Assembly (NCBI RefSeq): GCF_004010195.1
Contig: NC_057757.1
Coordinates: 3,063,610-3,104,579, forward strand
DNA length: 40,970 nt
From: Chiloscyllium plagiosum
Taxonomy: Eukaryota
Reading direction: 5' to 3'
Position numbers and translations under genes: made by a program. The notes under the pieces are model-generated. The model was not told the origin of the DNA, did no database searches, and saw only the letters and a program-made list of their open reading frames with translations. Within the stretch, counting starts at the first letter, position 1; every line of letters starts with the position of its first letter. This document shows positions 36,605 to 40,970 of the stretch, piece by piece.

Positions 36605-37426
36605 TAGAGTCATAGAGTCATAGAGATGTACAGCACAGAAACAAACCCTTCAGTCCAACTCGTCCATGCCGACCAGATATCCTAACCCAATCTAGTCCCA
36701 CTTGTCAGCACCCAGCCCATATACCTCCAATTCATATTCATATACCTAACCAGGTGCCTTTTAAATGTTGTCATTGTACCAGCCTCCACCACTTCCTCTG
36801 GCAGCTCATTCCATACCCGTACCACCCTCTGAGTGAAAAGGTTGCGCCTTAGGTCCCTTTTATATCTTTCCCTTCTCACCCCAAACCTATGCCCTCTAGT
36901 TCTGGACTCCTCTACCTTGGGAAGTCCTTGTTATTCACCCTATCCACACCTCTCATGATTTTATAAACCATTATAAGGTCACCCCTCAGCCTCCGATTCA
37001 CCCTAAACCTATGCCCTCTAGTTTTGGACTCCTCTATCTTGGGAAGTCCTTGTTATTCACCCTATCCACACCTCTCATGATTTTATAAACCATTATAAGG
37101 TCACCCCTCAGCCTCCGATGCTCCAGGGAAAACAGCCCCAGACTATTCACCTCTCCCTGTAGCTCAAACTCTCCAACCCTAGCAACATCCTTGTAAATCT
37201 TTTCTGAACCCTTTCAAGTTTCACAACATCTTTCCGATAGGATCATGAGAGGCATGGATTGGATGAATGCCTCTAAGCCGTTTTCCCAGGGTTGGGGAAT
37301 TGAGAACTAGAGGGCATCAGTTTAAGGTTAGAGGGAAAGAATAAAAGGGAACTTCCGATAGGAAGGAGACCAGAATTGCACACAATATTCCAACAGTGAC
37401 CTAACCAATGTCCTGTACAGCTGCAA
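36604..37426 (-). mobile_element. CR1 3' fragment with a 122-bp tandem duplication and a 110-bp templated insert
   Basis: (CATAGAGT)n tail; duplicated units 36876-36997 and 36998-37119; insert at 37243-37352. Confidence 0.9.
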
Positions 37427-37487
37427 CACTACGGGCAATTCAGCATGCCCAATTCACCTAACCTGCACATTTTTGGGATGTGCCGTG

Positions 37488-38416
37488 GGCGGCACAGGGC
37501 ACAGTGGTTAGCACTGCTGCCTCGCAGCGCCAGAGACCCGGGTTCAGTTCCCGCCTCAGGCGACTGATTGTGTGGAGTTTGCACGTTCTCCCCGTGTCTG
37601 CNNNNNNNNNNNNNNNNNNNNNNNNNNNNNNNNNNNNNNNNNNNNNNNNNNNNNNNNNNNNNNNNNNNNNNNNNNNNNNNNNNNNNNNNNNNNNNNNNNN
37701 NNNNNNNNNNNNNNNNNNNNNNNNNNNNNNNNNNNNNNNNNNNNNNNNNNNNNNNNNNNNNNNNNNNNNNNNNNNNNNNNNNNNNNNNNNNNNNNNNNNN
37801 NNNNNNNNNNNNNNNNNNNNNNNNNNNNNNNNNNNNNNNNNNNNNNNNNNNNNNNNNNNNNNNNNNNNNNNNNNNNNNNNNNNNNNNNNNNNNNNNNNNN
37901 NNNNNNNNNNNNNNNNNNNNNNNNNNNNNNNNNNNNNNNNNNNNNNNNNNNNNNNNNNNNNNNNNNNNNNNNNNNNNNNNNNNNNNNNNNNNNNNNNNNN
38001 NNNNNNNNNNNNNNNNNNNNNNNNNNNNNNNNNNNNNNNNNNNNNNNNNNNNNNNNNNNNNNNNNNNNNNNNNNNNNNNNNNNNNNNNNNNNNNNNNNNN
38101 NNNNNNNNNNNNNNNNNNNNNNNNNNNNNNNNNNNNNNNNNNNNNNNNNNNNNNNNNNNNNNNNNNNNNNNNNNNNNNNNNNNNNNNNNNNNNNNNNNNN
38201 NNNNNNNNNNNNNNNNNNNNNNNNNNNNNNNNNNNNNNNNNNNNNNNNNNNNNNNNNNNNNNNNNNNNNNNNNNNNNNNNNNNNNNNNNNNNNNNNNNNN
38301 NNNNNNNNNNNGTAAGGGGTAAATGTAGGGGTATGGGTGGGTTGCGCTTCGGCGGGGCAGTGTGGACTTGTTGGGCCGAAGGGCCTGTTTCCACACTGTA
38401 AGTAATCTAATCTAAT
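37488..38416 (+). mobile_element. HE1-type SINE head and tail flanking an assembly gap (one or two copies)
   Basis: Head at 37488-37601; tail at 38312-38416 ending TAATCTAATCTAAT. Confidence 0.85.
37602..38311. other. Assembly gap (710 N)
   Basis: Run of N. Confidence 1.
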
Positions 38417-38417
38417 A

Positions 38418-38513
38418 CCCACTCAGACACAGGAAGAATGTGCAAACTCAAGGGTGGAATCGAACCTGGGTGTCTGGCACTGTGAGGCTGCAGTGCTAAC
38501 CACTGAGTCACCA
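38418..38513 (-). mobile_element. HE1 SINE 5' fragment
   Basis: Reverse complement reads GGTGACTCAGTGGTTAGCACTGCAGCCTCACAGTGCCAG...GGTTCGATTCC. Confidence 0.8.
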
Positions 38514-38829
38514 TAGGCAAGCACTAACGTCAATGTTACATGTAACCATTGCATGGAATCCATAAATTTCCTGTACTTTATTGGGATAGTTAGAGTGTCC
38601 TGAAGAGCTGCGTCTGATCTGAGCTGTAGTTAAGAAGGCACCTAGGCCCATGTGAAAGCAGGATTCCAGCCTCTCCCATGATTTGTGCTACTAAACACAG
38701 AACTCAGACTCCTATTTAAAATCCCTTTCCAACAGCGTCAACTCAAAGGCCCAGGCTAGAGCTTCAAGTACAGGGGTTCAAATCCCACCATGGCTACTTG
38801 TTTTTAAAACAATGGTTCAAGAGATTTAT

Positions 38830-39225
38830 CCGTCATGGCATGGATTATAAGACCAGGGAGGCCATGTTGGAATTAGACTGGGCTCTGGTCAGGCCACAGC
38901 TAGAAACTGTGTGCGGTTCCTGTAGGAAGGACGGGATTACACAAGAGAGATTCATCAGGATGCTGCCTTGGGATGGAGCAGTTCAGCAATGAACAGCTCA
39001 GGTTGTTTTCTTTGGAGTGGAGAAGGTTGAGAGGGGGAACCTGATGGAGATTATGAGGGGCACGGACATGGACGATAATAAAGGGGACATAATTTTAAAA
39101 TGAAAGGTTTCGAAGGGAATCAAGAAATTTTTTTCTTCAAGAGGGTTGATGGGGGTCTGGAAAGCACTGTCTGGGAACACGGGAAACCTCGCAACCTTTA
39201 AAAAAATACTTGAAAGTGCATTTGA
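38830..39225 (+). mobile_element. Old degraded CR1 fragment
   Basis: Encodes GMDYKTREAMLELDWALVRPQLE...RFIRMLP. Confidence 0.7.
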
Positions 39226-39462
39226 CACTCACTCATAACATTCACTCATTTGAAATATTTATGACAATTGGCAGAAGTTCCCTGGTCATCACTGTGCAAC
39301 GTTTTGTTTCAGGTATTTAATGAATTCAAATTTCACCATTTGCCAATGGCAGGATTCAAACCAATATTCCCAGAGTATTAATCTGGGGTATTTCTTCTGG
39401 GAGGGGAAATCTGCTGCCTTTAGACTTGACTCCAGAACCATTGCAATATGGCTGACACATAT

Positions 39463-39797
39463 GGTGGCACGGTTAGTCAGTGGTTAGCACTGCTGCCTCA
39501 CTACACCAGGCACCCCGGTTCCATCCCACCCTTTGGACTGTCTGTGTGGAGTTTGCACATTCTCTCCGTCTCTGTGGATTTCCTCCGGGTGCTCCCACAG
39601 TCCAAAGATGTGTGGGTTAGTGTGAATTGGCCGTGCAAAATTGACCCACAGTGTCCAGTGGATGTGCAGGTTAGGTGGGGTTAGCCCTGGGGAATGCAGG
39701 GTTACAGGGATAGAGTAGAAGATGGGTTGCTCTTTGGAGCGTCAGTGTGGACTCAATGGGCCGAATGAAGTGCTCTCACAATGTGGGAATTGTATGA
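39463..39797 (+). mobile_element. Older HE1-type SINE nested in a family-2 SINE
   Basis: HE1 head and V domain. Host sequence GGAAATCTGC...GGCTGAC resumes after the insert as AACTGCCCTCTGGAATGGCC. Confidence 0.8.
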
Positions 39798-39834
39798 TGC
39801 TGAACTGCCCTCTGGAATGGCCAAACAGGAGGCT

Positions 39835-40248
39835 CTAACAACACAGCAAGCTGGGCAGCATCAGGAGGTGGAGAAGACAATGTTTCAGGAATATTGTAGG
39901 GGGAGCTACAGATAAAGGGAGAGAAGGAGGGATGGGGGATGGGAGGGGGAGAGTAGCAGAATGATTAAGGTTGTGATAAGTGAACACAGGTACGACTTGA
40001 TTGGTCAATGGGGGGGATGAATCTGGTTGCTAGCTGGAAGGGAGGGGGTGAGGCTTGAAAGGGAGCTGGGGGATGGGAAGGGAGGGTATTTGAAATTGGA
40101 GATCTCAGTGTTGAGTCCTCTGGGCTTTAAGCTGTCCAGGTGGAAGATGAGGTATTGTCCCTTCAATTTGTGTTCTGATTTGCTGTGGCAATGGTGGAGG
40201 CCCCCAAGGATGGACATATCGGAAAGGGAGTGGAAAGGGGAGTTGAAA
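39835..40248 (-). mobile_element. Penelope-like GIY-YIG C-terminal remnant
   Basis: Encodes FNSPFHSLSDMSILGGLHHCHSKSEHKLKGQYLIFHLDSLKPRGLN, homologous to and continuing the 9635-9962 peptide. Confidence 0.8.
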
Positions 40249-40562
40249 GGGCACTGTGGCTCAGTGGTTTGCACTGCTGTCTCACAGCACCAGGGTCCCA
40301 GGTTCGATTCCAGCCTTGGGTGACTGTCTGTGTGGAGTTTGCACATTCTCCTCGTGTCTGCGTGGGTTTCCTCCGGGTGCTCTGGTTCCCTCCCACAGTC
40401 AAAAGATGTGCAGGTCAGGTGAATTGGCCATGCTAATTTGTCCCATAGTGCTAGCTGCATTAGTCAGAGGGAAATGGGTCTGGGTGGGTTACTCTCCGGC
40501 GGGTTGGTTTGGACTTATTGGGCTGAAGGGCTTGTTTCCACACTGTAGGGAATCTAATCTAA
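40249..40562 (+). mobile_element. HE1-type V-SINE, full length
   Basis: GGCTCAGTGG A box, GGTTCGATTCC B box, V domain, AATCTAATCT tail. Confidence 0.92.
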
Positions 40563-40970
40563 GTGGACGGTGACTGGGAGGTCAATGGGCAATAAATACT
40601 GGGCCCAGCCAGTGCCACCCACATCCTTTGACAACAAAGACCATAAAGGGAGGGAGAGTGAGGATGGTGTCGATAGACAAAAATGTGAATTTATTTTATA
40701 AAGTGTATTGTGTATACACCTATCCCAAAATATCACCACTTTCACACTCAGCTGAAGGACGATATGAGTTGGAAAGATAAACAACTGAGGGAATGATACA
40801 AAGATAAATGGAGGAAACAAGCAGACAGAGATAGGAACGGAGGGAAGGAGTTCAAGATGGTCAGAGGGAGAGAGGAAGTGTGTGTGACTGAGAAATAGGT
40901 AGAGTGAAAAGAGATAGAGAGAGAAGGAGAGAGGCAGAAAGGGGTGGGAGAGTCAGAGGGTGAGAGAGAT

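Noticed and set aside
37429..38422. Long ORFs of 247-321 aa
   Set aside because: Artefacts of translating through the N gap
40249..40320. tRNA genes at A/B-box motifs
   Set aside because: These are SINE heads continuing into V-domain and LINE-derived tails

Overview
Eukaryotic, vertebrate DNA, almost certainly from a shark or other elasmobranch. The evidence is multiple HE1-type (V-SINE) tRNA-derived SINEs, their CR1/HER1-type partner LINEs, and shark-type Penelope remnants. The window is repeat-dominated intronic or intergenic sequence. It holds more than 20 5'-truncated CR1 copies (the longest about 2.25 kb with a disrupted RT), about 8 HE1 copies, a second tRNA-SINE family and the LINE sharing its tail, a Rex1/Babar fragment, and at least 8 Penelope remnants, most with hammerhead-ribozyme cores. 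It also has two oppositely oriented arrays of a 69-bp minisatellite, a compact 229-bp LTR-like element, GT/CA/GA microsatellites and a 710-N assembly gap. I could not identify any intact host protein-coding gene. There are only weak minus-strand exon candidates and one 229-codon non-TE ORF. The most interesting signals are the recurrent hammerhead motifs at the ends of short Penelope-derived inserts, the small LTR with an R-region hairpin, and several templated or nested rearrangements that can be read from the sequence itself. Family names are recalled from memory and were not checked by database search. Repeat boundaries are approximate unless exact motifs are quoted.
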